Assembly: GCA_951406725.2 (NCBI GenBank)
Contig: OX597817.1
Location: 54,312,001-54,376,000 of the forward strand
Direction: 5' to 3'
DNA length: 64,000 nucleotides
Source of the DNA: Octopus vulgaris
Taxonomy: Eukaryota
The notes under the pieces were generated by a model that searched no databases, was not told where the DNA came from, and saw only the letters and a program-made list of their open reading frames with translations. This document shows, piece by piece, positions 14,193 through 29,967 of this stretch. A program made the position numbers and the translations under genes. Numbering within the stretch: position 1 is the stretch's first letter; the number at the start of each line of letters is the position of its first letter.

Positions 14193-15291
14193 CTTATTAC
14201 ATACATATTTTTCTATCCGTACCTCCCTCCTTTATCAGTTTCTCGTATATGTCCTTGCTCTTTCTGTCTCTCATGTCTACAGAGGTGTCAGGTGAGAGAT
14301 AGTCAATTATGGGTATTCTATTTCCGTTATCTGCCTCCCTATGCGAATACAATCACAAACGCACACAGACACAGGCTACACTTACATATATACTCTAACA
14401 CACACAAACACACACATACACCCCCGCACTCTCTCTCTCACCCTCTCTCTCTCTCCGCCCATCTCTTTCTCTCACTATCTCACTCACACACAGTTTTTCA
14501 GACTGAATTTTGTCTATAGAAGTCTAATATGAAAGAGAGGCTATTATGAATAACCCACTTCCGCCCTCTGCTTCTCTCAATACATACACACCTCAATACA
14601 CACACACATACTTTCTCTCCCCCACACACACTCACACGTACACATACACACACATATACCCCTTCTCTTCCTTTCTTTCGCTCTACTTTTCAACTTCTCC
14701 CCCCTTCTCTCTCTCTCCTAACCACAGTTTTCCTTACAAAGTCATGTCTATAGAAGTTTGATGTGAAAGCGAGGCTATTACGGATAACCCACTTCCGTTT
14801 ATCTGTTTTTCTATACACATACACCAAATCCCACCCCAGATACATACAAAACAACTACACACAATCGCCACCTCTTCTCCACTCTCTCCTATATATCTCT
14901 CACTGTCTCCTTCTCTCTCTCTCTCCCACTCCATCTATCTCTCTTTCTGTCTCAACGCTTCAGTCAATCTCTATATATATCTAACTTGCTCTATGGGGGG
15001 AATGGTGCTCCGTCCCTTTTTCTCTGAATTTCTCCCTTTCTATCTTTAAATCATTCTTACATTTATCTCTCTTTCTCACACACAAATATTCCCTTTCTCA
15101 TTCTCTCAAACCATTAACCTCTTCCTATTTTCCGATCTTTTCATTCACCCTCTCCCTGTCTCTATCTGACTGTGTGTCCTTCCTTCTTTCTCTTACTATC
15201 TCTCTCCCTCTCTCTCTCTCTTTCTCGCTATATATATATATGTGCATATATATATGTAAGTATATATATATTTAAGTATATGTATGTAAAG

Positions 15292-15345
<54 letters not shown>

Positions 15346-15364
15346 CTATCTCTCTATCTATCTG

Positions 15365-15480
<116 letters not shown>

Positions 15481-15512
15481 TACACATATATATATATACT
15501 TGCATATATATA

Positions 15513-15553
<41 letters not shown>

Positions 15554-16285
15554 GTTTTGATTCCTATATACAGCCCATCTATAACACATTTTCTTCTACA
15601 CATCACCCGTCTCCACCCGAACTCACTACAATCTCTCATTCCCGTCATCTCTCTCTCTCTCTCTCTCTCTCTCCTCTCCACTTCTCTTTCACTTTCTCCC
15701 TACATTCTCACTCTTTCTAGCCCTTCTCCCAATCTCCTCCAGCATCGAATCTCTCGTTCTACCCCTTTTTTTTTCGAACCACCCTACTATCCACCCCGCC
15801 TCTAACCAGCGAAGCCAAATACCCCCGTATCACTTGCCAACCATCACCTCACCTCCTCCCCTCAATTTCCTCTCCCTACTCACCTCCTCCTTGCTCTCTA
15901 AATCTCATTACTTCTCCCGCCACACCCACCTCCATCCCCTCTACACAGCCACCGATCCAATATACCGTGCCCCTGCACCCCGCTCTCTACTCTTCCCACC
16001 TCACACTCTCTCCTCCCCATTTTCTCCACCACTCACCCCTTCACTCTCTGTCTTCTCTTTCACCCTCCTCTTCCTTCACAATCTAATACTGCCCCCCCCT
16101 CCACCATTATCCCCATAGATATATACATAGATGTGCTACATAATATTTACGCTTTAAAAACATTTTAGCAATTTCAAAAAACACCTCAAATACGAAAATT
16201 TATTGTTTCCTATGGTTGCACAGCATACAAACATAGATACATAAGCACATACATACACACATGCATAGATACGTACATACATACA

Positions 16286-16319
<34 letters not shown>

Positions 16320-16490
16320 CATACATGCAATCATATATATGTGTATATGTGTGTATATATATACAACGTATATGCGCACTTACATATATACATACATATA
16401 TACATATATGTATATATACATATGTGTATATACATATATGTATATATACATGTGTGTATATATACATATATACACATATGCATATATATA

Positions 16491-16537
<47 letters not shown>

Positions 16538-16667
16538 GCATGTATGTATGTATATATTTTTGTCTATATATACATAAGGGTGCATATGTGTATGTGTAAA
16601 AACACACACAAACATATATACTGTCTCACAGACATATACACTCATAGCTGACACCCACGCACGAACA

Positions 16668-16735
<68 letters not shown>

Positions 16736-16755
16736 TAAATATGTGTGTGTGTGTC

Positions 16756-16794
<39 letters not shown>

Positions 16795-16890
16795 ATATGA
16801 ATATACATCCATATAAACCTCATTTTTCTATGTATGTGTGCATATCTATCATATCTATCTATCTATCAATCTATCTATCTATCTATCAAT

Positions 16891-16960
<70 letters not shown>

Positions 16961-17178
16961 CTCTCGCTATCTGTCTAGCTATCTACCAGTCAGTCTATTA
17001 TTCTCTCTCTCTTTCTCTATCTATCTATCTATACATACATATATACTTGTACAAACGCACACACACATACACACACATGTATATAGATACGCAGGTACTT
17101 ATATATATATGCATGTGAATATATCTCTGTGTATACACACAGACGAGTATACATACACACATACATACATACATATAT

Positions 17179-17251
<73 letters not shown>

Positions 17252-17347
17252 GTTATGGATGTATGTAGAGATGAACGTAAGTATGTATATAAATATATAT
17301 ATTATATATTATGTATATATAATATACTTCTTTCTGTCTATCAATCC

Positions 17348-17460
<113 letters not shown>

Positions 17461-18149
17461 TATATGTATATTTATGCAGATGTATATATGTATGTATATA
17501 TATATATACATGTATATATATATATGTTTATATATACAGATATATATATATTTATATATACACACGCCTAAGCACACATACACACACATTTATGCATATA
17601 GATATACTACATCTTTACGTACATATGCACATATATATGGGTGTATGCGCGCATGTAGAATTGACGTACCCTCATATGAGGAAAATGAAGATTATAAAAA
17701 TATAAATGTGAGACAAAATATTTTAAAAAATTTTCAAATAAAATACATACATATATGTATATATGTGTATAAATGTGTATAAATATGTATATATATACAT
17801 TTGTATACGTATATATATACATATATATATATGTATATATCTGTATATGTGTGTGTGTGTATAAACACATGCATATATATGTATGTTTATAGATATGTAT
17901 ATACATGTATGTACATATATAATATAATATATATATATATGTATGTATATACTTGTATATAAGTATGTATATATATATATTATTTGTATATATAATATAT
18001 GTATATACATATATATATATATGTATATATAATATATATGTATATATAATATATATCTCTAGATATATAACTGTATAGCAGTTATAGTAATAACAATAAA
18101 AATAATGATCATGATAATAAAAACAGCAACAACAAGAACAAGAGTAATG

Positions 18150-18154
18150 ATAAC

Positions 18155-18215
<61 letters not shown>

Positions 18216-18229
18216 TAATAATAATAATG

Positions 18230-18304
<75 letters not shown>

Positions 18305-18318
18305 GTAATAATAATAAC

Positions 18319-18363
<45 letters not shown>

Positions 18364-18443
18364 TTTCCTCATAGGAACGCTTGATCACACTGAAAAGCAC
18401 TTACTCGCACACATATACACACATTTGTGTACATACTCATATA

Positions 18444-18516
<73 letters not shown>

Positions 18517-18604
18517 ACATGTAATATGTGTGTATATGTGTGTGTGTGTGTGTGTTTGTGCGCAAATGTGCCTGCATAAATGTAATTCACGTATAATATG
18601 TATA

Positions 18605-18649
<45 letters not shown>

Positions 18650-18970
18650 ATAGATGCACATATACTCATAACCACACACACACCCTACACACACACACAC
18701 ACATCTCTACATACATGAATAATAAATTTATGATCAAATTATAATTAAAATTTGTGCTATTCACGGTTTGAGATTTTAAATGTGTTTTCTTGTGTGGAGA
18801 GAATTGTATTTTATTGCTTTCATTATCTACAATGTATTAAGCTATAATATTATTATTCATTTTGATCATCATGATCATCAACATTCCCCTCCTCTTCATC
18901 ATCATCATCACCACAACCAGCACCGGCATCATCACTATCATCATCATCTTCATGATCATCATTTATTACT

Positions 18971-19001
<31 letters not shown>

Positions 19002-19212
19002 TTATTATCATTATTATTATTATTAATAATAATAATAATAATAATATCATCTTCATCAGCATTATCATCATCATCATCATCATCATCATCATCGTCATCA
19101 TCATAATCATCATCATCATTATCATCATTATCATCATCATCATTATCATCGTCTTCATCATCTTCATCATCATCATTTATTATTATTGTTGTTATTATTA
19201 TTATTAATATTA

Positions 19213-19299
<87 letters not shown>

Positions 19300-19349
19300 C
19301 TATTTTTATCATCATCGTCATCATTTATTGTTATTGTTATTATTATTAA

Positions 19350-19412
<63 letters not shown>

Positions 19413-19565
19413 CATCATTATCATCATAATCATCATCGTTATCATTGGCAGTGGTATTAATATTAATGTCGCTATTCTTATTGCTCTTGCTGCTGCTGAT
19501 AATACTACTACTAGTAGTAGTAGAAGTTGCAGTAGTAGTAGTAGTTGTAGTAGTAGTAGTGCTTT
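18150..19565. repeat. (AAT)n/(ATC)n/(AGT)n trinucleotide fields with interspersed dinucleotide SSRs
   Basis: Direct reading; source of the poly-I/L/Y/N/D ORFs. Confidence 0.9.
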
Positions 19566-19813
19566 TGTTGTTCTCCATATTGTTGTTGTTCTTGTCGTTA
19601 TAAACCTATGCTGTAAACTCCATTCCGCTGATAGTTGACAGCCTTCTATTAAATCAAACATTTTAAATATTACTGTAATAGGTTATGGATATATATATAT
19701 ATATATGTGTGTGTATGTGCGTGTTTACGTGTATGTATATATGTGTATATATTTATGATTTGTTTGTACGCACTTGTATATATATATATATATATATATA
19801 TACATACAGATAT

Positions 19814-19882
<69 letters not shown>

Positions 19883-20023
19883 CATTTACAAACATAGATA
19901 TAAATATAAATATAAATATAAGCGTATGTGTGTATCTCTATGAATCAATTATTCTTATACACACATCTTCATATACATATATATATAGATCAGTATGTTT
20001 ATATAGTCAGATGCATATCCTGC

Positions 20024-20061
<38 letters not shown>

Positions 20062-20131
20062 TTCATATACATATATATATATATATGTATGTACACATAT
20101 ATATACATATATATTTATATAAATATATATG

Positions 20132-20178
<47 letters not shown>

Positions 20179-20397
20179 GCTCACACACATATCAATTTAT
20201 ATGCATATATATAGCCAAGTAACTATATGCATAGGTGCACGTGTACCCGCGTGTGCATATGTATGAGTATCCATGTCTGTATGACGTATGGAAATTGCTG
20301 TGCGTACAGGTGTTAATGCTTTTCTAACTTTCACTTTCTGGCAAACTCGAGCAACGCACGCATCCACAAACATACCCATCTACACGCATTTATATAA

Positions 20398-20550
<153 letters not shown>

Positions 20551-20827
20551 ATGTATATATAAACATACACGGGTTCGCATAAATACACACCACTCCTTTC
20601 CATAAAATTTCAATTTGCTTGTTTTATGTAGAAATGTATTTCTTTCCTATGTCATATGTGTGTGCGCATATAAAACTTTGATATAATTATATTCCGACTG
20701 GAGATTGCAAATAAACATTTTAGATGCTCTTATGCATACGTATCAACACGCGTAAACACACACTCGTATACATAGCGCAAACACATAGACATATTCATAT
20801 GCACGTACAAATATCTATATATCTATG

Positions 20828-20928
<101 letters not shown>

Positions 20929-20953
20929 ATATATATATATATACACACATATC

Positions 20954-21141
20954 GTAATCCCTCGACAATCGCGGGTGTTTTGCTCTAAAACCTCCCGCGT
21001 TAAGTAGCAAGAGTACCGTATATATTTTAATAAAATTATTGTTATAATATGTATATATTCATTTTATTATAAATGTAAAACAACACCACGGATGAACCGA
21101 CAAAAACTTAAATAATAAACCGCGATATCACGAGGAATTAC
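20954..21141. mobile_element. Pogo/Tigger-like MITE
   Basis: Ends GTAATCCCTCG and CGAGGAATTAC are imperfect TIRs; the body is homologous to the MITE at 37004-37884 and the partial copy at 40200. Confidence 0.7.
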
Positions 21142-21823
21142 CATTTATATATATACATATGTATATACAAGTCTGTGAGAAAGCGGACAGAGAAGAAAAC
21201 AAAATTTATTTCTCTCTTCTTCAATTTTAAATGCCTTTTTTCTTTTTATTTTTCATCAAAATTTAATCCATTTACTTATCTCGGTATCATTCTGACTTTT
21301 GTAGGTTCTCCTTTCCTTTCCTTAGTTTCGAAACCTGCTCCTCGATCTCCTGATATTTCTGGGTATCATTGTGGAAATCACCACTCTTGTTTGTTGTTCT
21401 AACTTGTGAGATCTTCCTCCATCGTTCTCCTCCGAAGATGAAATGCTACCTGGTCGACCGAATACCAGATTCGGTTCGCTGCTGCCAAGTTCTTTTCAAA
21501 CTTTCATTAAATACGTAAACATAAACATATATACGAATATACATGCATACGTACATACACACATACACACTAGCGCGCGCACACACACACATTTGTAACT
21601 CATATACTACATATATAAACAGGTCTATGCTGTTTCTCTGTAGATTGAAAAAGTGATGATCAACGTTAATCGATATAACAGTCGTACATACATGTACTTC
21701 AATACATCCATCCATCCATCCATACACAATTCATACATACATACATACATACATACATACATACATACATACATACATACATACATACATACATACATAC
21801 ATACATACATACATACATGCATG

Positions 21824-21895
<72 letters not shown>

Positions 21896-22442
21896 CTTAA
21901 GTGTTTGTGGGGTGCTGATCGATTTATATACCAACCACTTGCAATGGGTATTGATGTTCAATAATGTGGGCCGAAATATGTAACTGTTTTTAGTTCAACA
22001 GCGGCTGAGGTAGTGAGGATTGACTGATGCCTCGAGATATCTCAACATATCTTTTTGTCTTAAGTTTGGGATCCATTTGATTTGTTTGTTTAATCTACGT
22101 AGGCACAACATCACAGTATACGCATCTCAAATCACACCCAGAAAACGGCCAACCAATTGATTGGCTTCAAGTTAATTAGATATGCACTATCTCCTCTCCT
22201 CGCCTTTTCTACATCTACTACAATAGCCTAACCCACTAGGCACTGACGCGGGTGTGCAAGCGCGCATTTGTATGTATAGGCATGCGCGCTTACGTGATTA
22301 CAATGGATATTTTTATTCCCCTACCTTTATTCTCTCCCCTTATTACCGGTCATTCTAATAGCTCTTTTGTCTTAATAACGGTCACTCACACAGTAATTCC
22401 CTTTGTTTAACGGTCATTTTCATAGCATTTTTTCGGTGACCC

Positions 22443-22503
22443 GATAACTGAAGAGATTCCGGCGCGGTTTTCCGGCCCGACATCCGAAACTCGGAGTTTT
22501 ATC
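22443..22503 (+). ncRNA. Type I hammerhead ribozyme motif (Penelope pLTR type)
   Basis: gataa-CTGAAGA-gat...atc-c-GAAA-ctcggag-TT-ttatc: perfect 5-bp stem I, intact core boxes, GUU cleavage triplet, one extra nucleotide 3' of stem II. Confidence 0.7.
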
Positions 22504-22558
22504 ATGGCTACCGAATAATTGTCACATATTATATTTACATATATATATATATATATAT

Positions 22559-22628
<70 letters not shown>

Positions 22629-22724
22629 ATGGTAAGGCAACAGAAGAATGATAGAGACCTCGTTATTATGTAAATAGAGGAATTTGTCTGTAATTATAAT
22701 ATGTGACAGGTATTTGGTAGCCAT

Positions 22725-22785
22725 AATAAGATTCCGAGTTTCAGATGTTGGAGCGGAAACACACGCCGCCATCTCTTCAGTTATC
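22725..22785 (-). ncRNA. Type I hammerhead motif, inverted paralogue of 22443-22503
   Basis: Minus strand reads gataa-CTGAAGA-gatg...catc-t-GAAA-ctcggaa-TC-ttatt; the stem III G is changed to A. Confidence 0.6.
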
Positions 22786-22808
22786 TGGCCATCGGAAAAA
22801 ATGCTATG

Positions 22809-22861
<53 letters not shown>

Positions 22862-23089
22862 AATTAGAAAAAAACCCACCTTTTATCAATTCAATAAGGA
22901 AAATGAAATTATACCATTTAGAAAGATTACATATAGAAAGATTAAATATAAGATAATTTTTCATTACTGAATTGATAAAAGGTGTTTTTTTTTCTAACTT
23001 TTATATATATATATATATATGATATATTGTGAAATTTGATTTAGTATTTCTAAATTGAATTTTTCCCTGCAAGTTTGGAATAATATTCC

Positions 23090-23141
<52 letters not shown>

Positions 23142-23180
23142 TATACATACATACAGATAATATACATGTATGAATGTATG

Positions 23181-23238
<58 letters not shown>

Positions 23239-23292
23239 CATCTTGAATTTTTCTTGAATTTTTCTTGAATTTTTTTGCTACCCTATATATAC

Positions 23293-23415
<123 letters not shown>

Positions 23416-23931
23416 TTTATATATATATACATATATATATTTATATATATACAGACAATATTTGTTGAGAGCATGTCCCACTTGATCGGATTCGCTTCTA
23501 TATAAACTATTGAGCTAATTAAATCCACAGACAATTTAACTAGCAAAACAGAGAAAGAGAACCGAGTTACTTCAGCTGGTCCAATGCTTGATAAATCATT
23601 TTTGAACATCGTTTTAACACTAGAATAGCACAGAACCTAGAAATAATGTCAGAAACCGCGAATGGTCCATCTGGTGATGACACTCAGGCAGAAATTGCGA
23701 AAGATGTAAAAACGGTAATAAAGTGAATGGAAAAGCGGTTAACCTGCTAAGATAGAATGCCATTAGTACGGAGGAAATAAAATCATGGAAGAATACGTCG
23801 TTTCATATAAAATTAACATAACAGCAAATAGAATAGACGAATAATGAGTGGGCGTTTATGATGGTAATACATACATACAAACGTACATAAATATATTTAT
23901 GCACATACATACATGCATGCAGAAATACATA

Positions 23932-24146
23932 CCTATTTCGTTACTACCCACACGGGGCTAAACACAGAGAGGACAAACAAGGATAGACATCGACCCCGGT
24001 GCATAAGTGGTACTTAATTTATCGACCTCGAAAGGATGAAAGGCAAAGTCGACCTCAGCGGAATTTGAACTCAGAACGTAACTGCAGACGAAATACCATT
24101 GAACATTTCGTCCGGTGCGCTAACGATTCTGCCAGCTCACCACCTT
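23932..24146 (-). mobile_element. Family A SINE
   Basis: Reverse-complement match with an internal deletion. Confidence 0.85.
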
Positions 24147-24608
24147 ATTATTGTATTCCATACAGTAATACATACCTATATACATACATGCTTACATAGT
24201 GCTTGGATTACGTTACATCTCTGACGTTCCTCGGAGTATATCGGTGTGGTACCTTTGATTTTATAAATGTATATATATGTATACATACATACATACACAC
24301 ACAGACACACAGACACACACACACACATATATATATATACATATATATATATATAGCAAGATACATATATATAATGTATACATATAATATATATATATAT
24401 AAAGAAGATACATATATATAATAACAATTGTAATAATAATAATAGCATTAATGATTGTTACGAAATAGCATAGCATTACCTTTAATTCATATATATATGT
24501 GTATATATATGTATATATATATATATTGATAAAAACGGTAAGACAAAAAAAAAAAAAAAGAAAGAGACCTCGATATTATGTAAATAGAAGAATTTATCTG
24601 TAAATGTA

Positions 24609-24700
<92 letters not shown>

Positions 24701-25278
24701 GCACACACCTTCAAATAGACCTACACATGTTTCTACTCTATGGATTAGTAACCGTTGCAATTGCAATCTTACTATAATACCGGTGCAGTTCCTTCAGTGT
24801 CTCCACTTTAGTATCCTTAGATTTAACAGTTTAAACCTTTTCGCTTATCTACTCTGCATTGTATAATGTGGAGTTGTTCATTAATTTAGACACAAACTGT
24901 CTTCAGTTCAACCATTGATTGGATAATCACTTGTAGGTGATTATTTCAAAATATTCTGTTGTTTAAATGTTTATTACTCTTTTGTATTGAGCAAAGGTAA
25001 GTTTTTTCATATATATCAGGTTGACAAGCAAATCCTTGAAAGCTACAGGGTGGATTGTCTTGTTATGTATATCAGAGGTGTGTCTTTAAATTTTCTTCGG
25101 CTTAATGAGAAGTAAAACCGAAAAGCGACGGAGGGTGTCAGGCTGGTTTCGGATGAACTCAAGGCAATCGTAGACAATCAATCTCTTTCAGGCAGGTAAG
25201 TGGAAAAAAAAACAAAGAAACAAAATACAAAACAAAAAACAACAGCCACAACAACAATAACAGCAGCAGCAACAACAG

Positions 25279-25654
25279 TGGAGGCGCAATGGCCCAGTGG
25301 TTAGGGCAGCGGACTTGCGGTTGGCAGATCGCGGTTTCGATTCCCAGACCGGCGTTGTGTGTATTTATTGAGCGAAAACACCTAAAGCTCCAGGAGGCTC
25401 CGGCAGTGGGTGGCGGCGACCCCTGTTTTACTCTTTCGCTCCAACTTTCTCTCACTCTTTCTTCCTGTTTCTTGTCCCCGACTTCCTACGCAACCGCTGA
25501 GCCTGGATGCGCATTCATCCATCTGTTGATGCGCTCGGTGTCGGGGGTTGACCTACTTTCTCTTCTGCGGGTATTACGAATAGCAAAGGACCACGTTTCG
25601 GACTTCTCCCACTACAGAGAAGACCGCTTCGCTCTACAAACAAACAAACAAACA
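25279..25654 (+). mobile_element. tRNA-derived SINE family C with (AAAC)n tail
   Basis: TGGCCCAGTGG A-box and GGTTTCGATTCC B-box; AGCAACAACAG on both flanks; homologous heads at 38234 and 55857. Confidence 0.85.
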
Positions 25655-26093
25655 AGCAACAACAGCAAAAATTTTAACTCCATTAATATTAATTAATTTC
25701 ATATTTCGAAGAAAACCTTTTCTTAGAAACAATGCAGAGAAGTCTTAATGGGAGACGATGACAATAAAGGGAGTAGACATGATAGCAATCATTATGGCGT
25801 GGGGATTGGAAGAGATGGTCGCGTCTCAAATAATACGAGACATCAAAAGGGCTCTACTTTAGCAACATATCACGTGTTACGAAACGTGACAAGGGCTTTG
25901 CTTTTAAAACGTTCCCTGCTAATATGCTGGAATTTGAACGCAATGATATTAGAAGTGATTATCTTTTAGTTCAAAAGACAGCGGTATTTCATGTGATACG
26001 AAACATTACCGAAGCTATATTCTGCAGCAAAAGGTAAATTGTACCAAAGCTGCATGATTCTGATGTCTGGCGTGGCATACAGACCATCATATA

Positions 26094-26341
26094 TAAATAA
26101 ATAAATGCGCCCTTTTAAAGCCTAGCCAGGCTCATGGGCCCGGTTTCCCGGTTTCAGTGGCGTATGTGTTCCCCAGCTGGACGGGACGGCAGTCCATCGC
26201 AGCGTTACTCATATTTGCCAGCTGAGTGGACTGGAGCAACGTGAAATGAAGTGTTTTGCTCAAGAACACAACACGTCACCCGGTGCAGGAATCGAAACCA
26301 CAGTCATGATGCTGACACCCTAACCACTAAGCCACGCACAT

Positions 26342-26420
<79 letters not shown>

Positions 26421-26669
26421 AAATAATAAATAAATGCGCCCTTTTAAATCCTAGCCAGGCTCATGGGTCTGGTTTCCCGGTTTCAATGGCGTATGCGTTC
26501 CCCAGTTGGACGGGACGCCAGTCCATCGCAGCGTTGCTCATTTTTGCCAGCTGAGTGGACTGGAGCAACGTGAAATGAAGTGTTTTGCTCAAGAACACAA
26601 CGCGTCGCCCGGTCCAGGAATCGAAATCACAATCTTACGATCATGATGCTGACACCCTAACCACTAAGC
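26094..26669 (-). mobile_element. Two tandem family D SINEs (tRNA head, V-domain-like GCGATGGACTGGCGTCCCGTCC segment) inside one TSD
   Basis: Copies at ~26094-26340 and ~26421-26669; CAGACCATCATATA at 26080-26093 and 26670-26683. Confidence 0.85.
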
Positions 26670-27220
26670 CAGACCATCATATAGATTGTTTTATTTTGAC
26701 ATGCGTATTGCATTTTCATTCTTCTCTTCCGGTTTACGAATTTTGTATGCACATGCGCATTGGGTGTTCATACTTCTCTTTCCGGTTCATACTCAAACAG
26801 CATTGCTGTTTCCAGTGTTTTATTTCTGTAGTTCTATTATTAATTTTACTCGCGTCTCTATCTTAGTAGAAACTGATGGATAATGAAATTAAACTACATA
26901 AACAAACGACAGAGAAACTGTTCAGAAATTAAAATAACTCTAGCATATTTAGTAACAATAATAAATTTAATTTATCCTCGACAAGTTTTAGGTTTTACCA
27001 ATCTTCAATATATTGTTCATGTTTAAAACCGCTTGCCTACTTGACAATTGAATTTCTAGCTCTGCCTTCAAGGAAACTTTACTACTTCGACTCACGTTTT
27101 TGTGCGCTACGATGTTGTCAAACCTCTATTAACAGCACCGTATGTGGGTCCTTTCCATTTTCTTTCACAAACATATACACACATATACATACATATACAT
27201 ACATATATATATACATATAT

Positions 27221-27380
27221 ACGACGGGCTTCTTTCAGATTCCGCCTACCAAATCCTATTCACTAAGCTTTAGTCGGCCCGAGGCTATAGTATAAGACAC
27301 TTGCCCATGGTGCCACGTAGAGGGACTGATCCCGGAACCGTGTGGTTGGGAAGCAAGCTTCTTACCACACAGCCACTCCT
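27221..27380 (-). mobile_element. SINE family B 5' part
   Basis: Reverse match to the 8447 copy. Confidence 0.85.
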
Positions 27381-27383
27381 ATA

Positions 27384-27461
<78 letters not shown>

Positions 27462-27472
27462 TATATAGAAGG

Positions 27473-27523
27473 AGCTTCTACAGGACTAGTACTGTTTCAT
27501 TCAAGAGAAATCTTCAGGAAGCT
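27473..27523 (-). ncRNA. Type I hammerhead ribozyme motif (left arm)
   Basis: Exact reverse complement of 29917-29967. Confidence 0.75.
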
Positions 27524-28426
27524 ATTTAACAAGAATTGTATTAGCATTTATACATTTAGGCAGGTTTAAAGGAGTGGTGGTGGGGGACTTTTTGGGGGTA
27601 GGCATAGCGCAAAATATCATACTTGGGGGAGTGGTCAAGGAGTCAGTGGTAAGTTAGATGAAAGAATAGATAAATAAAAATAAAAAAATAAAAAATATAA
27701 AAAAAATAAAAAATAAAATAAAAAATAAAATAAAATAAAAAAAATAAAAAAATAAAAAATATAAAAAATATATATAAAAAAATATATATATAAAATATAT
27801 ATATACAAAAATATATATATAAAAAAAGGGGGATAGAGTTATAGGTAAATAAGGAGATTCTCACTTATACCTATACACACATGTATACGTATCTACACAC
27901 ACATACATACATACACATATATATACACACACATGTACATATATACATATATATACATACATATACATACCTACACATACACACATACATACATACAAAT
28001 ATACATATACATATATATATATACAATCCAATACAGGCCCATTCCCTAATTTTAATTTTATTATCTTCATTTATTACTTTTGTTATCTTTGATCGCTAGG
28101 GCTAAGAATCCTGGCAATGGCTGCAGTCCATTTGTCTGTCTACTAGAAGGCAAGTACTCATTCCCGCACGCACACTCATTAGCACGTACATTCACCCATT
28201 CGTACACTCATACACATACACGTACGCACACGTTATATTCATACATACAAACATCTACATACGTTCACGTATATACACATACGTACTCGTACCTACAGAT
28301 TCGTGTCTACACTTTAGGAGGCTAGACTATACATATACACCAATAAATATACATATATATATATATATATATACCCGCATATACATACACACACACACAT
28401 ATATACTCCTACATACAGATACATAC

Positions 28427-28458
<32 letters not shown>

Positions 28459-28949
28459 GCATACATACATATATATATATATACACATATACACACATAC
28501 ACATACACACATACATATACACACACATACATACACATATATATACATACACAAACATATATACACACATATATATATACATATACACATACACACATAC
28601 ATACGTATACATACATACATACATCCATACATCCATACTTACATGCATTTATACGCATACACACACCCATCTATATATATGTATATATATATATATATAT
28701 ATACACACTCACACATACATATACAAATCTACGCACACACATACATATATATATATATATATACATATATATAGATGGGTGTGTGTATGCGTATAAATGC
28801 ATGTAAGTATGGATGTATGGATGTATGTATGTATGTATACGTATGTATGTGTGTGTATGTGTGTATGTATATATATATGTGTGTATATATGTTTGTGTAT
28901 GTATATATATATGTATGTATGTGTGTGTATATGTATGTGTGTATGTGTA

Positions 28950-28982
<33 letters not shown>

Positions 28983-29043
28983 ATATATATATATATATAT
29001 ATAGGTATGTATCTGTATGTAGGAGTATATATGTGTGTGTGTG

Positions 29044-29088
<45 letters not shown>

Positions 29089-29916
29089 TTATTGGTGTAT
29101 ATGTATAGTCTAGCCTCCTAAAGTGTAGACACGAATCTGTAGGTACGAGTACGTATGTGTATATACGTGAACGTATGTAGATGTTTGTATGTATGAATAT
29201 AACGCGTGCGTACGTGTATGTGTATGAGTGTACGAATGGGTGAATGTACGTGCTAATGAGTGTGCGTGCGGGAATGAGTACTTGCCTTCTAGTAGACAGA
29301 CAAATGGACATGCAGCCATTGCCAGGATTCTTAGCCCTAGCGATCAAAGATAACAAAAGTAATAAATGAAGATAATAAAATTAAAATTAGGGAATGGGCC
29401 TGTATTGGATTGTATATATATATATGTATATGTATATTTGTATGTATGTATGTGTGTATGTGTAGGTATGTATATATATATATATATATGTATATATATA
29501 CATGTGTGTGTATATATATGTGTATGTATGTATGTGTGTGTAGATACGTATACATGTGTGTATAGGTATAAGTGAGAATCTCCTTATTTACCTATAACTC
29601 TATCCCCCCTTTTTTATATATATATTTTTATATATATATTTTATATATATATATATTTTTTATATATTTTTTTATATATTTTTTTTATTTTTTTTTTTTT
29701 ATTTTTTTATTTTTTTTTTTATTTTTTATTTTATTTTTTTATTTTTTTATTTTTTTATTTTTTTATTTATCTATTCTTTCATCTAACTTACCACTGACTC
29801 CTTGACCACTCCCCCAAGTATGATATTTTGCGCTATGCCTACCCCCAAAAAGTCCCCCACCACCACTCCTTTAAACCTGCCTAAATGTATAAATGCTAAT
29901 ACAATTCTTGTTAAAT

Positions 29917-29967
29917 AGCTTCCTGAAGATTTCTCTTGAATGAAACAGTACTAGTCCTGTAGAAGCT
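29917..29967 (+). ncRNA. Type I hammerhead ribozyme motif (right arm)
   Basis: agcttc-CTGAAGA-t-ttc-tctt-gaa-t-GAAA-cag-tactagtc-ctg-TA-gaagct: 6-bp perfect stem I, GUA triplet, palindromic ACTAGT in loop III; the stem II closing pair is U-U. Confidence 0.75.

Noticed and set aside
21283-21445. ~53-codon open stretch on the minus strand (...QKYQEIEEQVSKLRKGKENLQKSE)
   Set aside because: No start codon or convincing splice sites; more likely a retroelement remnant.
24710-24810. Minus-strand CTGAAGG...GAAACATGTG motif near a possible PLE remnant
   Set aside because: Core and cleavage site are both non-canonical; too degenerate to call.
25279-25352. tRNA-like sequences (also 44548-44623 and 51804-51880)
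   Set aside because: They are SINE heads with broken cloverleaf stems, continuous with repeat bodies; not tRNA genes.
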